Positions 35,792 to 46,582 of a stretch of DNA of 64,000 nt are shown here, in pieces (positions within the stretch are counted from its first letter, which is position 1; every line of letters starts with the position of its first letter). A model generated the notes under the pieces. That model was not told the origin of the DNA. It ran no database searches and was given only the letters and a program-made list of their open reading frames with translations. This DNA is from Candidatus Poribacteria bacterium (lineage in GTDB: Bacteria > Poribacteria > WGA-4E > PCPOR2b). Both the position numbers and the translations under genes were made by a program. Where the stretch lies: NCBI GenBank assembly GCA_965198175.1, contig OZ240245.1:96001-160000 (forward strand), read 5' to 3'.

Positions 35792-38395
35792 ATGGAAATT
35801 GCACGCCCCTTCTTACTCCTCTTACTGCTTCTGCTGCCTCTGCTTTACTATGGTCACCGCCGGAGCCTCGTCGATCTGGGGCGTTGGCAGCGTCAGATTA
35901 GCCTTGCCCTGCGATCTGTGATTATCATCCTGCTCATCCTTAGCCTCGCTGGACTCCAATACTTGAAGATCGATGATAGATTGGCGGTCGTTTTCCTCGC
36001 AGATATATCGGACAGTATTTCGGAGGATGGACTGGAAGAAGCGCAGGGATTTATTGACGAAGCGATGGAACACCGTGGGAACGACAGGGCAAGTGTTGTG
36101 GCGTTTACTGATGTCGCGCAGGTGCTTCGAGACTTCGCACACGACAATCCTACAACTCACACGAGTGAACCGAAAACGCTTGAAACATTTGACCTCGTTG
36201 AAACGCGGGCGGAGTGGCTCGAAGCAGATGAGAGAGCTGGGGATGCCACCGATATCGCACAATCCATTGAGATGGCGTGGGGAATTTTCCCTGCCGACAC
36301 AAACAGACGCATCGTGCTAATTAGCGACGGGACAGAAACACACGGTAATGGAATTCGGGCTGGGTTACGAGGAAAAAACTTTGGCGTACAGCTTGATGCC
36401 GTACCGATATACCCGAGCGATGTGCCAGAAGTGGTGATGAAGCGACTAGATGCACCGGTGCAGGTCAAGCAGGGCGAACCGTTCCATTTGGAAGTGCACA
36501 TTCACAGCAACCACGAGGATTTCGCTGAGATTCGCTTGCACAGAAATAAGTTCGAGGTTGCCAAGAGGGAGGTTCGGCTGAAGGTGGGCGAGAATCGAGT
36601 CAGTTTCGATCAAACCGCGACTGAGAGTGGTATGCTAACCTTCGATGCGAGCTGTCGCTCGATGCAGGACACACGCTACGATAACAACTACGCGCTCGGT
36701 ATCGTTGTTGTTTCTGGCACACCGAAGGTGCTGCTAATTGATGAGAACGAATCACAGACACGGTATCTAGTGCGTGTCCTTGAGGATGCAGACATCCAAG
36801 TCAACGTTCGCAACGGTTTGGGGGTTCCCAACGAGCTGTCTGACCTGCAGAATTATGACCTGTTGCTCTTCAGTGACGTGCCCGCCAACCGATTGAATCA
36901 GAGACAGATGGAGCTCATCCACACCTATGTCCAAGACCTCGGCGGAGGGTTCATGATGTTAGGAAGTGAAAACAGCTTCGGGCTTGGCGGTTACTACAAA
37001 ACCCCGGTTGAGGAGATACTACCTGTCCGCACCGACACAGAAAAGAAGAAGGAGACCCCGAGCATTGCAATGGTGCTAGTAATTGACAAGTCGGGAAGTA
37101 TGTCGGGGATAAAGGTTGAACTGGCGAAAGAAGCCGCGCGTGCAACGGTCGAACTGCTTGGACGGCGCGACAAACTTGGGGTTATCGCTTTTGACGGGTC
37201 TCCACACTGGATCTCCGAGATGCACACCGCAGCGGATAAACTCTATCTCTCCGACCAGATTGGATCAATCCGCGCAAATGGGGGCACGAACCTCTATCCC
37301 GCACTTCAACAGGCGTATCTCGCGCTGACCGAGACCAAGGCCAAACTTAAACACGTCATCGTCCTCAGCGACGGACATTCGCAACCGGGCGATTGGTACG
37401 GCATTGTGAATTCGATGCGCGGCGAGCGGATAACGGTTTCGACTGTGGGCATCGGCAGTGGTGCCGATATGAACCTGATGTCGAACATCGCAGATTGGGG
37501 TAGCGGACGAGCTTACTTCACACAAGACGCCTACAACATCCCCCAGATATTCGCCAAAGAGACCGTCACCGCTTCCAAGTCCGCGATTATCGACGAGCCG
37601 TTTGTCCCGCAGGTTGTCAAATTCACACAAGTCTTGCAAGGCATTGACTTGGATTTGGCGCCGTTCCTGCTCGGTTACGTTTCCACACAACCGCGACCAA
37701 CTGCCGAAGTTTTTCTGGTTTCGGACCGGGGCGATCCGGTTCTGGCGAGCTGGCAATACGGCTTGGGCAGATCTGTTGCGTTTACCTCCGATGCGAAGGC
37801 GCGATGGGCAACGGATTGGCTGGAGTGGCCGGGCTACGGAAAATTCTGGACTCAACTGGCGCGCGATACCATGCGTAAATCCGCGACGGGCAACTTCCAG
37901 GCACACATTGAACAGGAGAAGGGAGCCGCTTACCTGACTGTTGACGCGCTGAACGCGGAGGGTGATTTTCTCAACGAACTTGAGAACGACATCTCCCTTA
38001 TTCCACCCAACCTGAAGAAGAAACCACTCGACATGACTCAATCGGCACCGGGGCAATATGAACTCTCCTTTCCGGTCGATGAGATCGGCGCATATTTTGT
38101 CAATATCATGCAGAAGCAGTATGGTGAACCCGTCAACACCCAAGTCACCGGCACGGTCGTCTCCTATCCTGAAGAGTATCTAGTGCATACTGCGAATGAA
38201 TCGCTCTTAAAGCAACTTGCCGCGACCTCGGGCGGAAAGTTCGCACCTTTACCTGAAGATGTGTTCCGCACACCTGAACATCCGGTTTCCATACGGATTC
38301 ACCTCTGGCGCCTCCTGCTCGCTATCGCTGCATTTCTGCTGCTTCTTGACATCGCTCTGCGCCGGATTGATTGTAGGCGATCGCCTCAGAATTAA
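35792..38395 (+). CDS. Membrane-anchored protein with two vWA domains and a GATase1-like domain
   Basis: BatA-like N-terminus; MIDAS motifs DISDS and DKSGS, LISDG and VLSDG; DLGGGFMMLG, WQYGLGRSVAFTSD; C-terminal TM. Confidence 0.85.
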   Translation: MEIARPFLLLLLLLLPLLYYGHRRSLVDLGRWQRQISLALRSVIIILLILSLAGLQYLKIDDRLAVVFLADISDSISEDGLEEAQGFIDEAMEHRGNDRASVVAFTDVAQVLRDFAHDNPTTHTSEPKTLETFDLVETRAEWLEADERAGDATDIAQSIEMAWGIFPADTNRRIVLISDGTETHGNGIRAGLRGKNFGVQLDAVPIYPSDVPEVVMKRLDAPVQVKQGEPFHLEVHIHSNHEDFAEIRLHRNKFEVAKREVRLKVGENRVSFDQTATESGMLTFDASCRSMQDTRYDNNYALGIVVVSGTPKVLLIDENESQTRYLVRVLEDADIQVNVRNGLGVPNELSDLQNYDLLLFSDVPANRLNQRQMELIHTYVQDLGGGFMMLGSENSFGLGGYYKTPVEEILPVRTDTEKKKETPSIAMVLVIDKSGSMSGIKVELAKEAARATVELLGRRDKLGVIAFDGSPHWISEMHTAADKLYLSDQIGSIRANGGTNLYPALQQAYLALTETKAKLKHVIVLSDGHSQPGDWYGIVNSMRGERITVSTVGIGSGADMNLMSNIADWGSGRAYFTQDAYNIPQIFAKETVTASKSAIIDEPFVPQVVKFTQVLQGIDLDLAPFLLGYVSTQPRPTAEVFLVSDRGDPVLASWQYGLGRSVAFTSDAKARWATDWLEWPGYGKFWTQLARDTMRKSATGNFQAHIEQEKGAAYLTVDALNAEGDFLNELENDISLIPPNLKKKPLDMTQSAPGQYELSFPVDEIGAYFVNIMQKQYGEPVNTQVTGTVVSYPEEYLVHTANESLLKQLAATSGGKFAPLPEDVFRTPEHPVSIRIHLWRLLLAIAAFLLLLDIALRRIDCRRSPQN

Positions 38396-38478
38396 CCAAT
38401 CGAACATTGACACTAAACTAGAATTAGTGAAATGTTCGTGAATCTGCATAAATTATGAAGTCGGTCGTGAATACCGAT

Positions 38479-39807
38479 TTACATAAGCCAAACTTTTTTA
38501 TAATCAGTCATTTCCTTAGCAATCGGTAATACCTCGCTGGTCTTCAGAATGCCTCGATCCGTGACGATGCCACGGATTAACTCCGCCGGGGTAACGTCAA
38601 AGTAGATGTTTCTAACGCTTACTTTTGGAACCCCCTCCGAAATCACCTCGGAACCGTCCTTCTCTTCCAACTCGATTGGTGATTCGTTATCGTAGGCTAG
38701 GGACTGAAATTTGTCTGTTTGGCAGAGTGCATATACCGGCACGTTTTGCCTCTCGGCTGCGAGCGCAATCAGAAATGTGCCTACCTTGTTGACCACCGCG
38801 CCATCCGAAAGAACGGTATCCGCACCGATGAGCACGACATCCGCTTGTCCCGCAAAATACCCCGATTGCGCATCAGTGATGAGCGCAACATCGCACTTCT
38901 CCGATAGGCGATTTGCTGTCTTTCTGCCTTCATATAATGGCCTGGATTCAGTTACGATGATGTGCATGTTTTTTCTGCTTGAACCCAAAATCGCATTTAC
39001 AACCGTTCCACTATAGCTATGTGTCAGGATGGTCATGTTATCTGTCAGCAAACACTGAATTTCGTGAGCGATAATTTGCGAGGCGTTTCTGTAATTCGTT
39101 TGATATACATCAACAATTTCAGAGATGTGTGCTTTCAGATTAGAGACTTGCTTCGTTTGATCTAGCCCCTGCCTCGCGCGATAGAGCACAAAAGCAATCG
39201 CGTTTGTTAAGGGAGCCATACTTGGCCTCGATTTGCGCAGATGCCATCCAATGTTTGTCAAATGAGCGAGGAGGGCATCTGGGGATTTAGCGGGTACTTC
39301 AGTCATTGCGCCTTTCAAGACGTCCAGCGCTATTAGCGCAAGCTCTGACGCTCCATGTGTCCGATCGGCTTCGATGTCAGCAACCCGACTCGCAACCGCT
39401 TCTCTCAGATAGATTCTATCCAGCGTTTGCGCAAGATTTGGGACAGTTTGATACGTCGAAATCTCGTCCGGTTCAATCCACTGTTTCTCGGTATGCTCCC
39501 AATCGGTGTAGATTTTATCTGGGTTTGGCACATTGTAGAGAAAGGGGTATACCGTCCAAAGCCGATTTCCATCCTTGATTCTCAGCGGTTTGCCTTTTCT
39601 GACGAATTGGATGTCTTCCGGGCAAAGTCCGGTCTCCTCCTCTATCTCTTTTAGGACTCGCTCATCAGGGGATTCATCGGCTTGTTCTATTGAACCACTG
39701 ATGCCTGCCCAGCGACCTGGGTATGTCCTGACTTTGCTACTTCGTTTCAGTAGCAGGATTTTTCCATCATGCGCCAAGAATGCAGTAACAACCCTTCCTT
39801 TTTTCAT
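38479..39807 (-). CDS. NUDIX hydrolase fused to an eIF-2B alpha/ribose-1,5-bisphosphate isomerase-like domain
   Basis: NUDIX box GSIEQADESPDERVLKEIEEETGL; HGA, RPSMAP, THSYSGTV, ESRPLYEG, GADTV, NKVGT, NIYFDVTP. Confidence 0.85.
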   Translation of the reverse strand: MKKGRVVTAFLAHDGKILLLKRSSKVRTYPGRWAGISGSIEQADESPDERVLKEIEEETGLCPEDIQFVRKGKPLRIKDGNRLWTVYPFLYNVPNPDKIYTDWEHTEKQWIEPDEISTYQTVPNLAQTLDRIYLREAVASRVADIEADRTHGASELALIALDVLKGAMTEVPAKSPDALLAHLTNIGWHLRKSRPSMAPLTNAIAFVLYRARQGLDQTKQVSNLKAHISEIVDVYQTNYRNASQIIAHEIQCLLTDNMTILTHSYSGTVVNAILGSSRKNMHIIVTESRPLYEGRKTANRLSEKCDVALITDAQSGYFAGQADVVLIGADTVLSDGAVVNKVGTFLIALAAERQNVPVYALCQTDKFQSLAYDNESPIELEEKDGSEVISEGVPKVSVRNIYFDVTPAELIRGIVTDRGILKTSEVLPIAKEMTDYKKVWLM

Positions 39808-39845
39808 TTAAAGGTCTGCGATCGCCGTCAACTCACATTTTAACA

Positions 39846-41486
39846 TTAAACTGCCTTCAACCATAACGTAAAAGTCGCACCGACCGAATCGAATCTAGTT
39901 TCCTCAACGCGGATGTCGCCGCCAAGATCTGTGAGTATTTTCTTTACAATTGCCAGACCAAGCCCCATCCCCTCTTTCTTGGTGGACACGTGTGGCATGA
40001 ACAACTTCGGTCTCATTTCAAGAGGTATTCCCCGTCCTGTATCGGAAAACTGCACGAACACTTTTGATGCGTCGGCTGACGTAAAGGCACAAATCGTTAG
40101 CGTTCGCGTGTTGATTCCCGACATGGCTTCCAGCGCGTTTTTAACCAAATTGAAAAAGGCACGTTTCAGATACTCTGCGTCTGCGATAACGAGAGGCAGC
40201 TCAGGTGAAGCATCAATTTGGCAATCAACATTCGAAGGTAGTTCGTCGAAAAGATCCAATGTTCCATCAATTGTCTCGTGCAAGTTGACGGAAGTAATCT
40301 GGGGGACTGGCATCCGGGCAAGCAGGGAAAACTCATCGAGCAGATGTCTTAGTCCCTCAACTTCAGTGATGATGGTTTGCGTACAACGATCTAGTAGTGC
40401 TCCAAAATCTTCGTCGTCATTTTGGTAGCGACGCTGAAGCCGTTGGGCAGACAACTGAATTGGGGTCAGCGGATTTTTGATTTCGTGCGCCAGCTTTTGC
40501 GCAATGTCCTGCCACGCTGCAATTTGTTCGGCGCGTCTGAGTTCTTCTGTGCGCCTTTTGAGGTCACCCCCCATCTGATTGAACGCTTGTGCTAAAACGG
40601 CAAACTCATCATCAGTTTGTACCTCAACCTTGTAGTCAAGATTTCCATCGGCGATCTGTTTTGTGCCGGCAACGAGTGATTGGATTGGTGAGTTAATTCC
40701 TCTGGTTAGGATTTGACTCACCCAAAAGGACAGGGCAATCACCAAAACCGCTGTGATTGCCAGCGCAATGAACGTTGTTCGCTTCTCTGTTCGGCGGTAT
40801 GCCGTTCCTTCCTCATCAATATTGATCTCCAGCGTCCCGAGTTTACTTTTGATGTTCCCAAGACTGCTTTTGATGGATGCCATCTGCAATCGCATCTGAG
40901 TGCGTGTGAACGGCATTGATTTTCCGACGACAATGGCTCCCAAACGTTGGACACCATCTTCCGAAAAGATTGGCATCCCACATATCAGATACCCTTGATT
41001 TTCCAACTCCCCTGAGATTGTAGGCGCATCAGGCAATTCCTCCAGAGGATTCAAGAAATCGGCGAGATTGACCGGTGGTAGGTCCGGGTCGGCGCTGAAG
41101 CTGAACACTCTATTCCCGGATCGATTATAAACAGCGATGTGGTAACCTACGTTGCCATCAGCAAGTTCAGCCGCCCGCATCTCAACAGTTTCGAGATTGA
41201 ACGAATCTAATGCGGCAACCAAATCAAAATCGACCGCTAAATGCTCAGCAGTATATGTCAAGAGCCCGGTCTCGTGAAGTTCAAGGTTATAGGCGAGTTC
41301 CTTCGCATCACGCAAAATCACAGCCGAATTTTCCAGAGTCAGGGCAATCTGATGGCTTGCCCACCGTTCAATGCTTCGACTAATCAGATGGTACGAAACG
41401 AGAACAAGAATAAGCGTGGGGAGTAGGGTCAACCCCACAAATACCGCCATTAGCTTACGTTGAAACTTCAAATGAGGGCGTATCAT
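39846..41486 (-). CDS. NtrY-like sensor histidine kinase (2 TM, HAMP, HisKA, HATPase)
   Basis: LAHEIKNPLTPIQLSAQRL, NLVKNA, DTGRGI, GMGLGLAIV. Confidence 0.9.
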   Translation of the reverse strand: MIRPHLKFQRKLMAVFVGLTLLPTLILVLVSYHLISRSIERWASHQIALTLENSAVILRDAKELAYNLELHETGLLTYTAEHLAVDFDLVAALDSFNLETVEMRAAELADGNVGYHIAVYNRSGNRVFSFSADPDLPPVNLADFLNPLEELPDAPTISGELENQGYLICGMPIFSEDGVQRLGAIVVGKSMPFTRTQMRLQMASIKSSLGNIKSKLGTLEINIDEEGTAYRRTEKRTTFIALAITAVLVIALSFWVSQILTRGINSPIQSLVAGTKQIADGNLDYKVEVQTDDEFAVLAQAFNQMGGDLKRRTEELRRAEQIAAWQDIAQKLAHEIKNPLTPIQLSAQRLQRRYQNDDEDFGALLDRCTQTIITEVEGLRHLLDEFSLLARMPVPQITSVNLHETIDGTLDLFDELPSNVDCQIDASPELPLVIADAEYLKRAFFNLVKNALEAMSGINTRTLTICAFTSADASKVFVQFSDTGRGIPLEMRPKLFMPHVSTKKEGMGLGLAIVKKILTDLGGDIRVEETRFDSVGATFTLWLKAV

Positions 41487-41715
41487 CGTTCATTATAATG
41501 TAAGAAGGTTCATCGAAAATTTGTGTGGTGGTAACAGAAGCAATCCCAACCTCCGATTGACTTCCTTTCAATAAATCGGGACGCGAAGAAGGGTTGCGTC
41601 CCAACGTGCCCACTCTGAATTGTCCGGCGCCTTTGATATTATACTATATAAAGGTCTTAAATCAATATAAAACATATCTTCCGATGACTTCTATTGATAT
41701 TCCCCCGAATTTTGC

Positions 41716-41744
41716 TTGACACATCCGGGGCTATTTGCTACCAT
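41716..41744 (+). promoter_or_regulatory. Sigma70 promoter with extended -10
   Basis: TTGACA (41716-41721), 17 bp spacer ending TGC, TACCAT (41739-41744). Confidence 0.6.
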
Positions 41745-41779
41745 TTGCGGAAGTCCATCAAAGAGAGGAAAATTGCACA

Positions 41780-42475
41780 ATGAACCCAGCCATTTTTCTA
41801 TGGCTCGTTGTCTTTCAAATCGGCGTCCTGACGTGCGGTGATATTGGATTTGCTGGTACGTGGCGCGACGATTTTGAAGATGGACGAGAACCAGAGTGGG
41901 CTATCTATAATTTGGATCGTCGCGTGGAAAAGTGGTGGGTTGACGAAGGCGAGGCCGTGGGACAAATCTTCGAACCCGGTTTTATGAGCTTGTGGCTGAC
42001 AGGGGAGCTGGATTGGGCCAACTATTCCCTCTCATGCAGAGTGAAGCTTGTGAAGGAAAAAAACCACCCGGCGAGCGTAGGACTTACTTTGTACGACCGG
42101 GGCGAGGTGGATGAGCGTTACCTGTTTTTCATCAATTTCACTCTTGGAACCACAAGAATCATTAAAGCCACACCGCAAATCTGGTTCATTCGGAATTTCC
42201 CCTTTGTTGGAGATATAGAGACGTGGTACGAACTAAAAGCATCTGTCAACGGCGATCTGCTAGAATTTCGGATCGATGATGAAGTTTTTGCCGCGCGAGA
42301 TCTCAATTCCCTTAAATCCGGTCAAGCGGGACTTGTGGTTTCTGGTGCCCAGGCCCGATTTGATCATGTCGAGATTACCGGTGAAAACATTAAGGAGGGC
42401 GGTCCAGGACGCCCTCGGACTGTCGATTTAAATGGAAAACTCGCAGCAACGTGGGGCCGGATTAAATCCGAATAA
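41780..42475 (+). CDS. Secreted DUF1080/ConA-like protein with C-terminal KLAATWGRIK tail
   Basis: Signal peptide; DDFEDG, WANYSL, WYELKA, SGQAGL, FDHVEITG. Confidence 0.65.
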   Translation: MNPAIFLWLVVFQIGVLTCGDIGFAGTWRDDFEDGREPEWAIYNLDRRVEKWWVDEGEAVGQIFEPGFMSLWLTGELDWANYSLSCRVKLVKEKNHPASVGLTLYDRGEVDERYLFFINFTLGTTRIIKATPQIWFIRNFPFVGDIETWYELKASVNGDLLEFRIDDEVFAARDLNSLKSGQAGLVVSGAQARFDHVEITGENIKEGGPGRPRTVDLNGKLAATWGRIKSE

Positions 42476-42733
42476 GTTGTAAATCAGATGATTCCATGTG
42501 TGCAGAAGTTTCACGCTCTGCAAGATTAGGTATAAAGTCTCCGACACGATAATGACCTCTGGAATATGGAGTACATTTCTCCCTGATCGATTGCGCGATG
42601 AAATAGATTTATCGCCGGGGCTAGCGGGGGAGTTTGTCAAAACTTTCATCTCTTTGCACTTTAGTTTTGACATGAGCTACCCTTCCAATATGAAAGAGAT
42701 AAACCAAATTAGCAGATAGGAGCAAGCTACAAG

Positions 42734-43675
42734 TTGAAATCCAATCTATCTCACTTACCAATGGGCTTTGTAAGCAAGCTAATCAATAAACAGAATTCAC
42801 TCGTTGCTCATCCGAACCAACAACAGACCCTTCCGTCTAGGATAGCGAATGTTGATGATAAAAAAAGCTTATTCGCCAAACGGAAGCGCAGAAGCAAAGT
42901 CGGCCCGACAAGGGAACAGATTTTAGAATTTCTCCTTGAATGGATCGACACCCTGTCACCCAACGAATCACGCATGTTGCGCGGAATTTTTTCACTTTCG
43001 ACAACTACTGCGCGAGAGGTCATGATTCCGTTGTCAGAAATCATCGCAGTTCATGTCGCGACACCTATTGAGCAAGTGAAGGCGATAGTGCGTCATTCCA
43101 ACTATCAATACATTCCTGTCTACGAAGAACGTATCGATCGATTGACAGGAATCGTGAGCATCTCCGAAGTTCTTTATGCTCCCCAGCGACTGAATGGACT
43201 GAACTCTCTTATTCGACCAGCGTACTATGTCCCCGAAACAAAGCTTACAAGCGATTTGCTTGAGGAGTTACGCATCGCCGAAGATCCCATCGCAATTATC
43301 ATTGATGAGCATGCGGGGTGCGTTGGATTTGTCACCTTAGAGGATATTTTTGAGCAAATTGTAGGCGAGATTCATTACAATCACAAAAGACATACCCCGC
43401 CCGTTGAGTTGCTCGACAATGGCTCATGGATCGTTAATGCGCGGACATCAATTGAGGCTATTAATTCATCATTAGGCACAAATATCCCGAGGGATCGGTG
43501 TGATACAATTGGTGGGTTTATATTGAATCTATTCGGTCGATTGCCGGAACAAGGCGAGAAAATCCATTATAATGGGTTTGAATTTACCATCGAAGAAGTT
43601 TTCAGTTACGGGATTGCCGTACTTCATGCAAATCAGATTAAGTCAATGATTCCCTCGGAGCAGCGGAGGAATTAG
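42734..43675 (+). CDS. CorC/HlyC-family CBS-domain protein without the membrane domain
   Basis: AREVMIP, IPVYE, DEHAGCVGFVTLEDIFEQIVGEI, DTIGGFI...GRLP. Confidence 0.85.
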   Translation: MKSNLSHLPMGFVSKLINKQNSLVAHPNQQQTLPSRIANVDDKKSLFAKRKRRSKVGPTREQILEFLLEWIDTLSPNESRMLRGIFSLSTTTAREVMIPLSEIIAVHVATPIEQVKAIVRHSNYQYIPVYEERIDRLTGIVSISEVLYAPQRLNGLNSLIRPAYYVPETKLTSDLLEELRIAEDPIAIIIDEHAGCVGFVTLEDIFEQIVGEIHYNHKRHTPPVELLDNGSWIVNARTSIEAINSSLGTNIPRDRCDTIGGFILNLFGRLPEQGEKIHYNGFEFTIEEVFSYGIAVLHANQIKSMIPSEQRRN

Positions 43676-43950
43676 CTAGATATTATACAATTTCAGAATC
43701 ATCGGTTTAATCCCATCGAAACAAGTAAGGTGTCGTACTTCTTGCTATTAAGGCACTCTGTGGGTAAGACGAAATCGAAAAAATTGAGTTGGCATTCTGC
43801 TTTTTCGCAGGTTGATTTTGGTATCGCTGCTTCCAAAGCGCTCCAATCCAAGAATCGAAAATTCGCACCGGAACCGACTTCATTAAGAACTGTTAGTGGT
43901 ACATATCTGGTGAAGAATGTTAAAAATCGGAACACAATAGGCAAGATGCC

Positions 43951-44088
43951 ATGAAATTATCAGATCGCTTTGACCAACAGAGGAGACGTAGTTCATGGAA
44001 GCGCGTTGTATGGTATCTGATTTTACTCTTTGTGATTTTAGTATTGATGTGGAAAATGCCTACAATCACCCGCCATTTACCTTTCTGA
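43951..44088 (+). CDS. Small single-pass membrane protein (45 aa), absent from the ORF track
   Basis: MKLSDRFDQQRRRSSWKRVVWYLILLFVILVLMWKMPTITRHLPF: basic N-terminus followed by a hydrophobic helix. Confidence 0.55.
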   Translation: MKLSDRFDQQRRRSSWKRVVWYLILLFVILVLMWKMPTITRHLPF

Positions 44089-44141
44089 TTATCCCGCCGG
44101 AGTCCTTTGTACCTGTTCTTTTCAACGTCTTTTAGAAGGAT

Positions 44142-45494
44142 ATGCTTATGCGGACACAAAAGCGCGCACTGATACGGACGATATTTCTGATGCTTAGCTT
44201 CACCGCTCTTTTACATTGGGGAGAAGCAGCAACAGCCCAGGACAAGCTAGCGATTATTTCCCCACACTGGGAGGGCATCCAAACAGAATTTAGTAGGGCT
44301 TTCAGCGAGTGGTACGAAAACAAAGTGGGTAAGCAGATTAACCTTGATTGGATAGATTCAGGCGGGACGTCTTCCGATTTCCGATTTATTGAATCTGAAT
44401 TTCAGCGTGTTCCTGAAGGCATCGGTCTCGATCTCTTCTTTGGGGGAGGAACAGATAATTATCTTAAGCTTGCAGATAAAGGTCTACTGATTCCCTACAA
44501 ACTGCCTACAGAACAATTGCAAAGAATTCCTCAAGAGCTCTTTGGGATTCCAGTCTACGATTCGAAATATCAATGGTACGGCACAGCTCTATCAAGCTTT
44601 GGGATTATGTACAATGAGGAACTGCGTCAACGCCTCGGCTTGCCCGAAGTCAAGACATGGAAAGATTTAACACACCCCGAATTGATTGGCCGTGTGGGAG
44701 CGGCAGACCCACGTGAAAGCGGAAGCGCACACATGATGTACGAAATCATCCTCCAAGGTTACGGTTGGGAAAAAGGGTTTGCATTGATTACGCAATTGGG
44801 CGCCAATGTCAGAATGTTCCCCGCTGCCTCAAGTAGGATACCCATAGATGTCACGTCGGGACAAGTGATTTATGGAATGGCAATTGATTTTTACGCCCAT
44901 GGGCAGATTGCTGTATTTGGAAGCGATGCGATCGGATATATCGTGCCGCCGGATGCATCGGTTGTAAGCCCCGATTCCATTGCAATTCTTAAAGGCGCGC
45001 CGAACTTGGAAATGGCTCAAATGTTCATTGAGTTCGTGCTTTCGGATGAAGGGCAAAAGCTATGGATGCTACGTGATACAGACCCCGAAGGCCCAAAGGA
45101 GTTTGAACTGAACCGCTCCAGTGTAATTCCCGACCTCTACGATGAACTAGGCAAACGCTGCGTTGTATCCAATCCATTCCAACTTGATTTAACCCCTATC
45201 CGGTATGATGCAGAGAAAGGTGGAAAGCGTTGGGATATCGTGAGCGATCTCATCGGTGCGCTCGTTATTGACCCACACAAAGATTTGGTTGATGCGTGGA
45301 AAGCGATTAATAAATCTAAAGATAAAGCAACACGCGAGGCAGCAATCCGAAAGCTTGTTGAACTACCAATTACAGAAGAAGAAGCGATGCGAATCGCCCA
45401 AAACGAATGGCAAATGCCGGACTTTCGTAATACAAAACTAAAGGAGTGGCGTCAGTTTGCAACCCAAAAATTCAAAGCGGCGAAGAAGCCGTAG
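44142..45494 (+). CDS. ABC transporter substrate-binding protein (Fe3+/thiamine-like cluster)
   Basis: Signal peptide; IISPH, DLFFGGG, ADPRESGSA, DSIAILKGAPN, FVLSDEGQ. Confidence 0.85.
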   Translation: MLMRTQKRALIRTIFLMLSFTALLHWGEAATAQDKLAIISPHWEGIQTEFSRAFSEWYENKVGKQINLDWIDSGGTSSDFRFIESEFQRVPEGIGLDLFFGGGTDNYLKLADKGLLIPYKLPTEQLQRIPQELFGIPVYDSKYQWYGTALSSFGIMYNEELRQRLGLPEVKTWKDLTHPELIGRVGAADPRESGSAHMMYEIILQGYGWEKGFALITQLGANVRMFPAASSRIPIDVTSGQVIYGMAIDFYAHGQIAVFGSDAIGYIVPPDASVVSPDSIAILKGAPNLEMAQMFIEFVLSDEGQKLWMLRDTDPEGPKEFELNRSSVIPDLYDELGKRCVVSNPFQLDLTPIRYDAEKGGKRWDIVSDLIGALVIDPHKDLVDAWKAINKSKDKATREAAIRKLVELPITEEEAMRIAQNEWQMPDFRNTKLKEWRQFATQKFKAAKKP

Positions 45495-45799
45495 GCTTTA
45501 CGGTTCCGACTTTTCCTGCGATTAGCAGGTAGATGATTTTCTGTTTGTCTGTTTGAAGGTAGGTCTAATTTTTTAGAAAACTTTTTGGATAACGATGGTG
45601 TTTCATACGCCCCCAAAAAAACAAAAAAACATCTGTGAACCCCTGTGATAAGCCCCGCGATTCGGCAACTGCTACCTCCCATGAAAAAGGGCAGATTCCA
45701 CATCTGGGATTTAGAATCGAATCCCGTTATCTGAAATCTGCCCGGTAGTTTATATCCGCTTCAAATTGCTTCAAAACCTCTACGACCACAGCTTATGAA

Positions 45800-46582
45800 C
45801 TAATCGTGAGCCTTGAGCAGCGCCCATGTAGTCGCCAATTTATCCTGTGGCAAAACGGCTGTGGGGATTTGCCCACCAGCAAGTGCTCCGATTTCATCGG
45901 CAGATAATGCCCGGTTCCAGAGACCGATTTCATCCATCTTGCCATTGTACCATTCCGATCGCCCCTCGTGGACCAGACGGTTGCCAAAGTATAACACCGA
46001 TCCTGTGGTGTCAGGGATTGGTCCCTCGAACTCCGTCGTGCCCGCCATATTACCGTCAATATACACGACGCTCTGCGCCATGTCGTGCGTCCATGCGACA
46101 TGATGCCATTCACCAAAAGCGGGAAACAGCATGTCGTCGGAGAATCCAAAGGAACTACCATGACCCCAGTGCATGCGTTGGTCGCCAAGGACATACCACT
46201 GCACTCTTACACCGTCACTCTCCGACTTATCCATCAGTGAACCGCCGCCGCGAGGACAGAGCCACATTGCAACAGTGAACCCAGGATCCCAGTTATTAAG
46301 GTCCGGGGCATCTTCCACGGTAATCAAGGGATCTCCACCCGCCGTAAAATCCAACGCGGTACCAGAGTTAGAGGCAGTATCGTCTACAAATACAATCCCC
46401 GCTGACAGCATACCGGTATGCCCCCCGGCGCTATCGTTGACGGTATTTCCAGAACCTTCATCACAACCCCAGTAGGCGACCAAATTGCCATCAATCGCTG
46501 CGAAAGCACTCGAATTGGCGATGACCATGATGGCAATTAGTGTAAGCAGATAAGAAGCGTGTTTAATGAAAAATCTATACAT
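45800..46582 (-). CDS. Secreted LamG-domain protein with KLATTWALLK tail
   Basis: Signal peptide; LVAYW..DEGSG, WHHVAWT, DEIGLWNRALS. Confidence 0.85.
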   Translation of the reverse strand: MYRFFIKHASYLLTLIAIMVIANSSAFAAIDGNLVAYWGCDEGSGNTVNDSAGGHTGMLSAGIVFVDDTASNSGTALDFTAGGDPLITVEDAPDLNNWDPGFTVAMWLCPRGGGSLMDKSESDGVRVQWYVLGDQRMHWGHGSSFGFSDDMLFPAFGEWHHVAWTHDMAQSVVYIDGNMAGTTEFEGPIPDTTGSVLYFGNRLVHEGRSEWYNGKMDEIGLWNRALSADEIGALAGGQIPTAVLPQDKLATTWALLKAHD

